Assembly: GCA_035534435.1 (NCBI GenBank)
Contig: DATLRX010000014.1
Span: 5,998-69,997, forward strand
Length of the DNA: 64,000 nucleotides
Direction of reading: 5' to 3'
Source: Candidatus Acidiferrales bacterium
GTDB taxonomy: Bacteria; Chloroflexota; Dormibacteria; Aeolococcales; Aeolococcaceae
The stretch's first letter is position 1; every line of letters starts with the position of its first letter. The position numbers and the translations under genes were made by a program. Under the pieces are notes generated by a model. That model was not told the DNA's origin, did no database searches, and saw only the letters and a list, made by a program, of their open reading frames with translations. Shown here in pieces: positions 56,294 to 64,000 of this stretch.

Positions 56294-57118
56294 ATGTACG
56301 AGCTTCGGCAGACCGGCACGTCTCCCGGTGAGATCGGGTTGTACGCGGATCTTCTCTCCGCCGTGTTTCCCGCGACTCATCACTTCAACGCCGACTTCCT
56401 GACGTGGCAGTACAAGCTCAATCCTCTCGGACCGGTGGTGGGATTCGATGCGTGGTCCGGCCGCGAGCTGGCGGCACATTACGTGACGATTCCCGTGCAG
56501 TTCGCGATAGCCGGGCGTCTCACCAAAGGCCTGCTCTCGCTCAACACCGCAACCCGACCTGATCACCAGGGGAAGGGCCTGTTCACGTCGCTCGCGACAA
56601 AGACGTATGAGCTCGCGCGGACGCTGGGATACGAGTTCGTCGTCGGCGTCGCCAACCAGAACAGCACACCGGGATTCCTGAAGAAGCTCGGCTTCTCCTT
56701 GATCGGTCCGCTCGACGTGAAGATCGGCATCGGACGGGTGCGCTCGAAGCCTCGGTCCGCGTATGCGCTCAACCCCATCTGGAGCGACGAACACCTGCGC
56801 TGGCGTTTGCGCAATCCGTCGCGGACGTACCGGGCGAGGGGCGGCAACGTCTTCGCGAGGACCGGCACGATGGGCATCAGCGCAGTGCTGTGCCTCAACC
56901 GGAGTCTCCCGGGTCGCGCCGCGCGGATCCCGGCCCTCGGGCTGCAGACCTGGATCGGCATCGATCGCAACGTTCGATTCCGCGGCATCTTCATCGACCT
57001 CCCCGAGCGCTTCAGGCCATCGCCGCTCAACTGCATCTTCAAGGACCTCGGGAGCAGTCATCCCGTCTTCGCGCACGACGACGTGCACTTCGAGCTGATC
57101 GATTTCGATGCGTACTGA
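56294..57118 (+). CDS. GNAT-family acyl/acetyltransferase
   Basis: Acyl-CoA binding-like 'QGKGLFTSLATKTYELARTLGYEFVVGVAN' and 'GFLKKLGF'. The start immediately follows the upstream stop. Confidence 0.6.
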   Translation: MYELRQTGTSPGEIGLYADLLSAVFPATHHFNADFLTWQYKLNPLGPVVGFDAWSGRELAAHYVTIPVQFAIAGRLTKGLLSLNTATRPDHQGKGLFTSLATKTYELARTLGYEFVVGVANQNSTPGFLKKLGFSLIGPLDVKIGIGRVRSKPRSAYALNPIWSDEHLRWRLRNPSRTYRARGGNVFARTGTMGISAVLCLNRSLPGRAARIPALGLQTWIGIDRNVRFRGIFIDLPERFRPSPLNCIFKDLGSSHPVFAHDDVHFELIDFDAY

Positions 57119-57953
57119 GTCTGCGCCGGCGACACGTGACCGCCGGCATGCGCTGCGGCGGCTGCTGGCCCTCCCGGAACTGGACGGCATCGACGCCGAC
57201 AGCCCGCGGCGTCTCGAGGTCCACGCCGCGGTGCTCCAGCGCAAGCCGATGCTTGCCGGCGTCTTCCGCGAATGCCACCACGTCATGCGCCGTCTGGATC
57301 GCGCCACGTTCGGTGACACGCCGGGCCTTCGAGTCGAGATCGGCTCGGGTGTCGCCCCGATCGCCGCGACGTTTCCCGATGTCCTCGCGACCGATGTGGT
57401 TCCGGGAGCAGGCCTGGACAGGGTCATCGACGCGCAGGACATGGATCTGCCCGACGCTTCAGTTCGTGTCCTCTATGGCCAGAACTGTTTCCATCACTTC
57501 CCGGACCCGCGCAGGTTTCTCGCCGAGGCTGAGCGTGTCGTCGCGCCGGGCGGAGGTGTCGTGCTCATCGAGCCGTACTACGGGCCGCTCGCCTCGGTGG
57601 TGTTCCGGCGGCTCTTTGCGTCGGAGGGCTTCGACAAGAAGATGCGGGGATGGCAGACGTCGGCGACCGGACCGATGGTGGGCGCCAACCAGGCGCTGTC
57701 GTACATCGTCTTCAAGCGCGACCGAGCGCGGTTCGAGCGCGAGATGCCGGGCCTCGAGCTCGTGTCGAGCTTCCCATTGGGCAACTACGTCCGCTACCTG
57801 CTTTCGGGAGGGTTGAACTTTCGCCAACTCGCGCCGACAGCGTCGGTACCCGCGCTCGAGCTCCTGGAGATGGCGCTGCGTCCGCTCCGTCACACGCTGG
57901 CGTTGCACCACGTGATCGTGCTGCGCCGCCGGCCGGTGTCGCCTGCCTCCTAG
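57108..57953 (+). CDS. Class I SAM-dependent methyltransferase
   Basis: Motif I 'RVEIGSGVAPIA', 'FHHFPDPRRFLAEAERVVAPGGGVVLIEP'. Confidence 0.75.
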   Translation: MRTESAPATRDRRHALRRLLALPELDGIDADSPRRLEVHAAVLQRKPMLAGVFRECHHVMRRLDRATFGDTPGLRVEIGSGVAPIAATFPDVLATDVVPGAGLDRVIDAQDMDLPDASVRVLYGQNCFHHFPDPRRFLAEAERVVAPGGGVVLIEPYYGPLASVVFRRLFASEGFDKKMRGWQTSATGPMVGANQALSYIVFKRDRARFEREMPGLELVSSFPLGNYVRYLLSGGLNFRQLAPTASVPALELLEMALRPLRHTLALHHVIVLRRRPVSPAS

Positions 57954-58411
57954 ACCTCGATTCCTCGAGACCGGCGGGCCGCCCGGCCGGTGGAGTTGCG
58001 AGCCGGAGCCTCCCGACCATCCAGCTCCCGACCATCCAGCTCCCGATCAGCGCTCCGAAGCTCCGCCTCCGCGCGCTGCAGGCGCTCCCCGAGGAGGGCG
58101 TTTGCCTCGCTGAGCTCGCGGATGGACTCCTGCTGTCCGGAGAGGGAGATCGAGAGCTGCAGCGCGATCACCAGCAGGAAGGCAAGCCCCACACCCGCAA
58201 GCAGCCCCGTCGGGGTCACCGGCAGCGAGGGGGAGATCCCACCGATCAGCAGCAGCACGATGGCCGCCAGGACCAGCAGGAGCGATATTGCCATCCAGCC
58301 CAGCGCGTATCGGAGCGAGAGCAGTCTCCGGCGCGCGAGCACGAAGACGATCGCGAGGAGGCCGACGCCTCCGAGTGCGACGAGCGCCGACTGGACAGCG
58401 ACGGTGCTCAT
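57950..58411 (-). CDS. DUF2304-type small membrane protein
   Basis: ATG 58411 overlaps the upstream stop (ATGA). Four TM segments are followed by a coiled-coil tail ending in a 'GRELDGRELDGRE' repeat. Confidence 0.65.
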   Translation of the reverse strand: MSTVAVQSALVALGGVGLLAIVFVLARRRLLSLRYALGWMAISLLLVLAAIVLLLIGGISPSLPVTPTGLLAGVGLAFLLVIALQLSISLSGQQESIRELSEANALLGERLQRAEAELRSADRELDGRELDGREAPARNSTGRAARRSRGIEV

Positions 58412-61119
58412 ATGGCGACCCGCCGCAGCCCGGCGGCATCCTTGGCCCAGGCGAGGGCGGCCGTGTGCGAGTGCCGGAGGTCCGGTGCCCCGGGCCAGTG
58501 CACCACCAGACGCCCTCGGTGACCGGTCCATCGCTCGGGCTCGGCCCAGGCGATCTCCAGAACCTCGTGCGGCAGCACTCCCGTCTTGATGACCAGCTCG
58601 GTCCGGTCGGGCAGCATCTCGACAAGACCGGCGAGCGTGCACGGTTTCGTCGTCCCCAGCGCGACGACCACGTCCAGGAGCGATGCGATGGCCGGGATGT
58701 GCGGACCCAGGCGGACGCCGGCGTTGACCTCCAGACCGATCCTCGCGTCGGGGCAGTGGCGTCGGAGGTCGTTCAGTGCGGCGCCGATGACGTCGATGTT
58801 GCCGGTCGCCGTGGCGAGATCGACGACGTAGGCGTCGACGACAAGGGCTCCGCGGTAAGCGCGCGGAATCCGCCCCAGCTCTGCTCGAAGCAGCAGCAGT
58901 AGCGCTTCCCATGGGCGGCCGGACCCCGACAGCGCGCGTGGGGGAGCCACTCCCAGGGCCGCTCGCCCGAGACGCACAGCGCCCAGCTCGCGAATGAGCG
59001 CGAGCGGCCCGCGGTTGGTCAGCGATCGGAAATGACCAGGTGCGTCGGGCAAAGCGATGATCGACTCGGGCGAGAGGTCGTCGGGGTCGACGTGCTCCGT
59101 CAACGTTCCCGTGAGCGCAGGGCCGGGCCACGCGTCAATGAGCCCGAGAGGCGCCCCGCGGAGATCCGGCATGACCGCTCGTGAGTCCTGCCGCACGTGC
59201 ACTTCCTCCCTCATCGTCGTGACGGCCGGACGAACGATGCGTTCTCCGCTGCGATACGCGTGCGTGATCAACGCCTCGACGCGAGCCGCAAGCGCGGCCG
59301 AGTTCGCGCCGTCGTGGTGCCGAGCGAGGAGGTCCTGCTCAGCCCAGAACGCGCCCCCCGCCTCCATCGGTGCGAGGTCGAAGCCGCGATCGGCGTCGAG
59401 CTGATGCACCACGTGCACATCGCCGCCGCCGACGAAGGCAACGCACGAGGTGGTGCAGACCAGGTATCCCCGGTCGGTATCGATGCGAAGGTGGTTCTCG
59501 GCGAGGTCGAAGCCGGGGAGATGCCACGCTGTCGAGAAGCGCCCATGGATCCCGCCTGCTCGGAGCTCGAGCGATGCACCGTCCTCCGCGCTCCGAGCTC
59601 CGGACATGACGAGGATCGCGTTGTCCACGACCGCCGACCCGAGCAGCAGGTCGATCATCGCCAGCACGTGCACGCCGAGGTTCACGAGTGCCCCGCCGCC
59701 GCTGATCCTCGGGTCGAGCTCCCACACCGCTCGCTTGCCGTCCGTCGCTGCGTCGATTCGTGACACGAATGCGTGTGCCTCGAATGACACCGGCATCCCG
59801 TACCGCCCGGCCCTGAAATCCGCGGCAATCGACGTCAGGTGCGGCAGCAATCCGGCGAGATACCCGGTCCCGACGTATCGATCGGGGTGCGCCGCGATCG
59901 CCGCGGCAAGCGCAGCGCGATCGCGTTCCGACGCCGCGACCGGCTTCTCGATCAGCACGTCGACACCTGCCTCGAGCAGCTTGGTTGTCAGTGCCACATG
60001 GCTCGAGGGCGGTGTCCCGATGATCGCGACGTCCGGGCGCAGCGCCGTCAACGCCTCGTCGAGATCGACGAACGCCGCCACGTCCTTGCCGGCAAATGCC
60101 TTGAGCCGTCCGGCTGCGTTCCGGTTGAGGTCGACGATGCCGACCAGCACCATGCGCTGGTGGTGAGCGGCGGTGAGTGCATGGACCAATCCGATGCGTC
60201 CCGCGCCGACGAGGATCAGACGGCGCGGCCGCGTCGCGTCCACCGGCGTCTGCTGCGCCGCCCCGGCCGGAGTGCGTCCGAGCAGGCCGAGTCGTTGCAT
60301 GTCTCCAGTGGTGTCCATGGGCCGGAAGGCCTCGATGCCGTCGATGTTCTCCTCGCTGATCGGCGATGGCAGATGCAGCCGTGACGCGAGCCGGACTGCT
60401 GCTCTGGCGACGCCGATCGAGACCGGCACGCGCACCGTTCGCACGCCAAACCGTTCGAGCGCGCGAGCCTGGACGAGTCCGCCGAGCTCGCGCACGGTGG
60501 GATCTGCCAGTTCGACGAGCGCCGGTGGTTCGACGGCATCCGCGAGGTCGAGGAGCGCAGCGCACAGCGTGTCAACGTGGATCGGCTGCGCTCGTGAAGC
60601 GGCGCCGCCGATGTCGGGGAAGAAGCGGAGCCTCGCAGCCGTTCGCGCGGCCCGTCCCATGAGCCCATCGTCCGCGTCGCCGACGACCAGACCCGGACGC
60701 ACGACCACGACACGGGTATCCGTCGTGAGCGCGCGCTCGACGGCGAGCTTGGATCGCCCGTATGCGGAGCGCGCTCCTGCATGCGCCGACTGCGAGGACA
60801 CGAACACGAACCGACCGACGCCGGCTTCGGTCGCAGCCTCGAAGACCCGCAGCGTCCCGAGACGGTTCACCGCGTCGACGACCGAGGGCGCCGCAGTCGT
60901 CGACGCGACAGCGAGATGCACCATCGCGGAGACTCCTCGCATCGTGTCCGGCTCCGGCCGGGCAGGGAGCTCGAGGAAATGTCGGTGCTCCAGAGGAACA
61001 TACGGCGCGCCGGACCACGGGCGCCTGCTGAAACCGACGACCTCCCACCCGCGCGCGAGTGCCTGCGTCGCAAGGTGACGCCCGATGAACCCCGTCACAC
61101 CCGTGATCGCGATCCTCAC
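58408..61119 (-). CDS. Three-domain fusion protein: NAD-dependent epimerase/dehydratase + Gfo/Idh/MocA oxidoreductase + C-terminal domain of unknown function
   Basis: GTG 61119 overlaps the GT2 stop (GTGA). N-terminal 'RIAITGVTGFIGRHL' and 'YGRSKLAVE' (YxxxK). Middle 'LILVGAGRIGLVHAL' and 'DVLIEKPVA'. I do not recognise the last ~250 aa. Confidence 0.7.
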   Translation of the reverse strand: MRIAITGVTGFIGRHLATQALARGWEVVGFSRRPWSGAPYVPLEHRHFLELPARPEPDTMRGVSAMVHLAVASTTAAPSVVDAVNRLGTLRVFEAATEAGVGRFVFVSSQSAHAGARSAYGRSKLAVERALTTDTRVVVVRPGLVVGDADDGLMGRAARTAARLRFFPDIGGAASRAQPIHVDTLCAALLDLADAVEPPALVELADPTVRELGGLVQARALERFGVRTVRVPVSIGVARAAVRLASRLHLPSPISEENIDGIEAFRPMDTTGDMQRLGLLGRTPAGAAQQTPVDATRPRRLILVGAGRIGLVHALTAAHHQRMVLVGIVDLNRNAAGRLKAFAGKDVAAFVDLDEALTALRPDVAIIGTPPSSHVALTTKLLEAGVDVLIEKPVAASERDRAALAAAIAAHPDRYVGTGYLAGLLPHLTSIAADFRAGRYGMPVSFEAHAFVSRIDAATDGKRAVWELDPRISGGGALVNLGVHVLAMIDLLLGSAVVDNAILVMSGARSAEDGASLELRAGGIHGRFSTAWHLPGFDLAENHLRIDTDRGYLVCTTSCVAFVGGGDVHVVHQLDADRGFDLAPMEAGGAFWAEQDLLARHHDGANSAALAARVEALITHAYRSGERIVRPAVTTMREEVHVRQDSRAVMPDLRGAPLGLIDAWPGPALTGTLTEHVDPDDLSPESIIALPDAPGHFRSLTNRGPLALIRELGAVRLGRAALGVAPPRALSGSGRPWEALLLLLRAELGRIPRAYRGALVVDAYVVDLATATGNIDVIGAALNDLRRHCPDARIGLEVNAGVRLGPHIPAIASLLDVVVALGTTKPCTLAGLVEMLPDRTELVIKTGVLPHEVLEIAWAEPERWTGHRGRLVVHWPGAPDLRHSHTAALAWAKDAAGLRRVAI

Positions 61120-61889
61120 GCCGAATCGTTCTCCCAGTGTGTGTGCTGCACGGCACGTCTCCCGCTCGGACGGTAGCTCTGCACGCGCAGCGCGCTCATC
61201 ACGCGAACCACGTACCACATGGAGCTGAAGGTCGAGGCCGAGGACACGCCGGATGCGCGCGGACGCATGTGCACGCCGACCTCGACGACCGTGTGGCCGC
61301 CACGGCCTGCGCGTGCGAGTGCCTCGACTGTGTCGCTCAGATACTCGGACGGGTAGTTCGCCGCGAATGAGCCGAGCAGCGTGCCGCTGATCGCCCGGAA
61401 CCCCGATGTCGCGTCGGTGATGTGCGCACCGGTTTCGCGGGACGCGGTATGTGCGAGCCGGGACATGGCCAGCCGGCGCCCGAAACCCACGTCATGCGGA
61501 CGCCCGTCGGTGAAGCGCGATCCGATGACCAGGTCCGCGTGGGTGTCGGCCATCGCCTGCAGGAGACGCGGAATCTCGCCGGGATCATGCTGCCCGTCCG
61601 CATCGCACTGAACCACGGTCACGAACCCGTTGACCACGGCAAAGCGGAACGCGCATCGGAGCGCGCCACCGACACCGAGGTTGACGGGCAGGTGCAGCAC
61701 AACAGCGCCCGCGAGCTCCGCGACCTCGGCGGTGCGGTCCGAGGATCCGTCATCGACGACGAGCGCGGCGAAGCCTTCATGCCGCACCTCGGCGACGACG
61801 GTCCCCACATTGGATTCCTCGTTGAATGCCGGGATCACCACGAGGACATCGCTCGTGCCGTCACCGCGATGGGATCGGGAGAGGGTCAT
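61116..61889 (-). CDS. Family 2 glycosyltransferase (polyprenyl-phosphate sugar transferase-like)
   Basis: ATG 61889 overlaps the upstream stop (ATGA). 'VLVVIPAFNEESNVG', 'LVVDDGSSDRT' and 'VVQCDADGQHDP' (DxD). Confidence 0.85.
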   Translation of the reverse strand: MTLSRSHRGDGTSDVLVVIPAFNEESNVGTVVAEVRHEGFAALVVDDGSSDRTAEVAELAGAVVLHLPVNLGVGGALRCAFRFAVVNGFVTVVQCDADGQHDPGEIPRLLQAMADTHADLVIGSRFTDGRPHDVGFGRRLAMSRLAHTASRETGAHITDATSGFRAISGTLLGSFAANYPSEYLSDTVEALARAGRGGHTVVEVGVHMRPRASGVSSASTFSSMWYVVRVMSALRVQSYRPSGRRAVQHTHWENDSA

Positions 61890-64000
61890 TGCGGTCGTGC
61901 TCCGATGGTGCGTTGCCCTCGAAGAGAAACCGCCGCCCGGCCGGCGATCCGACGCGCGCCGAGCCGGCGCCACAGCCACGGCGCCAATCCCAGCCCCAAC
62001 AGTGTCAGCACCCCGATGCCGAGCAGGAATGGGTAATGCGCGTACGACACGTACTGGAAGACGACGGTGTGCTCCCCGGGACCGACCGTCACGGCGACGA
62101 ATCCGGGAACAACCATGTACGGGTTCACGGCTTGCCCGTCGACAGTGACGTGCCATCCCGGATCGAATGTCGTTTTCAGCACCACCGCAGCCGTTCGATT
62201 CGCGGTGACGCTCGCCGCATAGAAGCCGTCCTGTCCGTCCTCGACCGTGTCGACGCTCGTGCCGGCTGCCGTCCTGGACGCAGCGATGATCGGCTGCGTC
62301 GGCGACGCCGCGGGGCCACCGCTGAACGCGACGGTGGCGAGGTCGCCATGCCGGAATGCCGCTGATTGCAGGAACGGTTGCATCTGCGTCGCCATATCGG
62401 CGCGGTTCGCCTCAACGACTCCGGAGGTGTCGACAACCTGCACATAACCCGACGTCGCGACGGCCCAGAGGCGGTGCCTGCCGCTCGAGTCGATCAACGT
62501 CGCAGGTACCGGCGGTTGCATGCCATCCGGCATGACGATGTAGCGAACGCCGTAGAGCTGATACTGCGCCGGGTCGTTCTGGTTGAAATACGCCTCGTTG
62601 TCGGCAACGAGCGACGGTGTGCGGAGCGTGAAGCCGACCTCGTCCACGCTGTTGTCGGCAAGGTACTCGTAGACAGGCACCTGGCCGATGTCGTATTGCG
62701 CACCCCAATTCCCAGGCATGCCCGCGTAGGTCCGCCCTCCCCCGCCCGACTTGATGACACTCAGCAGCACGCCGAGCGCCGCGCCGTCGGTCTGGTCGCT
62801 GTCGGCCTGGAACGCGATGGTCGCGGAGTTGCTCGCAGCGTATGCCGCACGGTTCGTCCATGCGGGGAGCGTCAGCAGCACGGCAGCTCCCATGAGACCT
62901 GCGGCGATGGGAACGATGCGGACCCGTGGCCTCCACGATCTCACCAGACTGACAGCGGACTCCCCGGCCCACGCGATCCCGACACCGGCGAGCATCAGTC
63001 CGGAGAGCTGGACTCCCACGAGGTAGCGATGCAGGAGCACGTCGCTGCTGCCGGGCAGCAGGTTGATGATGAAACCGAAGGTCGGACGTCCGGAGAACAG
63101 CACGAGACTGAGCGTCATGAGTCCGAGCAGCACACGCGCACGAGCGTCGGTCCGAAAGCGATACACGCAGACGGCGGCGCCCAGGGCGACCAGCAGGCTC
63201 ACGATGGGGAACCGGCCGTTGTCGAAGAGCTGACCCGTGAACAGCCAGCCGAACACCTGGGGTGCGCCCCATGAGTTGAGCCAGAAGGTGTTCTGGTTGA
63301 ACTCGCTCAGGTTGGAATACGCAGCGCCTGAGATCAACGGCACCACGACCCACGACGCAACGAGCGCAGCGCCGCCAAACACCACAACGGCGCGACCGAT
63401 GCGCTGGAGCACCCCTCGCCAGACGACGATGACCAACACGCCGATCGACAGCAGCGCGAGATATCCCGTGAGGAAGTGCATGGCGACCGTCAGCCCGACG
63501 ACAAGCGCTGCGAGGGCATACGTTCCGCGACCCATTCCGTTGACCGCGCGCCAGCTGAGCCCCCACGCAACAGGGAGCAGGAACATGCCCCATTCCTGAG
63601 ACCACAGCCCGTTGCCGAGCCACGTGTAACTGAAGGATTCGTAGCCGTAGCCGGTGACGCTCACGAGGAGCGGGGTCAGGAGCGCTGCACCGCCGGCCGC
63701 CCACGACGACCAACCCAGCAACCTGCTGCCTGCGTACACGCTGATGGGAAAGAGCGCGAAGAGCAAGAACCCCATCCAGCGCTCCGTCGACATCGTACCG
63801 AAGGCGAGCGAGAAGTATGCGGTGATGAGATGCGGCAAGCTCTGATAGTGGGAGAACTGCGGATCGCCGAGACTCAGGAACGGGAACCAACCGTCCAGTG
63901 GGAGGATGTTTCCCTGGTGCATCTGCTGCACCGCCCACGACACCATCTCAAAGTGACCGGCCTCGTCGTTGACCGGCTGGACGTTCGTCAGCTCCGCGGA
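61886..64000 (-). CDS. Large polytopic membrane protein, probable GT-C-type glycosyltransferase (5' end probably outside the window)
   Basis: More than 12 TM segments, then a soluble region of ~200 aa and a final TM. The frame stays open from 63946 to the window edge, so the gene is likely partial. Confidence 0.5.
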   Translation of the reverse strand, partial: SAELTNVQPVNDEAGHFEMVSWAVQQMHQGNILPLDGWFPFLSLGDPQFSHYQSLPHLITAYFSLAFGTMSTERWMGFLLFALFPISVYAGSRLLGWSSWAAGGAALLTPLLVSVTGYGYESFSYTWLGNGLWSQEWGMFLLPVAWGLSWRAVNGMGRGTYALAALVVGLTVAMHFLTGYLALLSIGVLVIVVWRGVLQRIGRAVVVFGGAALVASWVVVPLISGAAYSNLSEFNQNTFWLNSWGAPQVFGWLFTGQLFDNGRFPIVSLLVALGAAVCVYRFRTDARARVLLGLMTLSLVLFSGRPTFGFIINLLPGSSDVLLHRYLVGVQLSGLMLAGVGIAWAGESAVSLVRSWRPRVRIVPIAAGLMGAAVLLTLPAWTNRAAYAASNSATIAFQADSDQTDGAALGVLLSVIKSGGGGRTYAGMPGNWGAQYDIGQVPVYEYLADNSVDEVGFTLRTPSLVADNEAYFNQNDPAQYQLYGVRYIVMPDGMQPPVPATLIDSSGRHRLWAVATSGYVQVVDTSGVVEANRADMATQMQPFLQSAAFRHGDLATVAFSGGPAASPTQPIIAASRTAAGTSVDTVEDGQDGFYAASVTANRTAAVVLKTTFDPGWHVTVDGQAVNPYMVVPGFVAVTVGPGEHTVVFQYVSYAHYPFLLGIGVLTLLGLGLAPWLWRRLGARRIAGRAAVSLRGQRTIGARPQ

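Noticed and set aside
55469-57442. 657-aa ORF antisense to the deacetylase, GNAT and methyltransferase genes.
   Set aside because: Same reasoning. The plus-strand proteins have clear family motifs and this frame has none.

Overview
This is a densely coding, visibly very high-GC bacterial chromosomal window with about 70 protein genes. Many are translationally coupled through 4-nt ATGA/GTGA/TTGA start-stop overlaps. By eye I found no rRNA, tRNA or CRISPR array.

Left to right the window contains:
- A coupled miaB-mutS-mutL-miaA block.
- lexA with its own SOS box, and a YneA/ChiZ-like TM+LysM gene behind two identical perfect SOS boxes.
- A tyrosine recombinase next to an aadA-like nucleotidyltransferase gene flanked by 15-bp direct repeats, followed by a truncated dienelactone-hydrolase remnant.
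- A secreted GH25 muramidase fused to a Trp-rich beta-propeller.
- A DUF929 (CPFC) / DsbB pair.
- The most unusual region, about 16.9-28.2 kb. It holds three collinear stand-alone ATP-grasp paralogues around a 65-bp divergent intergenic region, a fourth ATP-grasp-like protein, and a GCS2/YbdK carboxylate-amine ligase. These are interleaved with a PepE/cyanophycinase-like (S51-fold) protein, two esterase-family proteins and an alpha/beta hydrolase, and proC sits at the head of one arm. I read this as a candidate uncharacterised ribosome-independent peptide or amino-acid-conjugate synthesis and turnover system.
- A long minus-strand operon: LbH acetyltransferase, YdbS/YdbT PH-domain proteins, pyrF, an HDAC-like protein, an SH3 lipoprotein and an MTHFR-like protein.
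- Miscellaneous metabolic and stress genes: CocE/NonD hydrolase, MBL-rhodanese fusion, WS/DGAT, class III ADH, AKR, OsmC, xthA, a TetR-MFS pair and TrpB2.
- An orphan Flp pilin and a bacterial G1 (eqolisin) peptidase.
- At the right edge, a convergent glycan-modification locus. It includes a 903-aa epimerase + Gfo/Idh/MocA + unknown-domain fusion, a GT2, a DUF2304 protein and a large polytopic membrane protein that runs off the window.

All functional calls come from motif recognition in the supplied translations. No database search was run.
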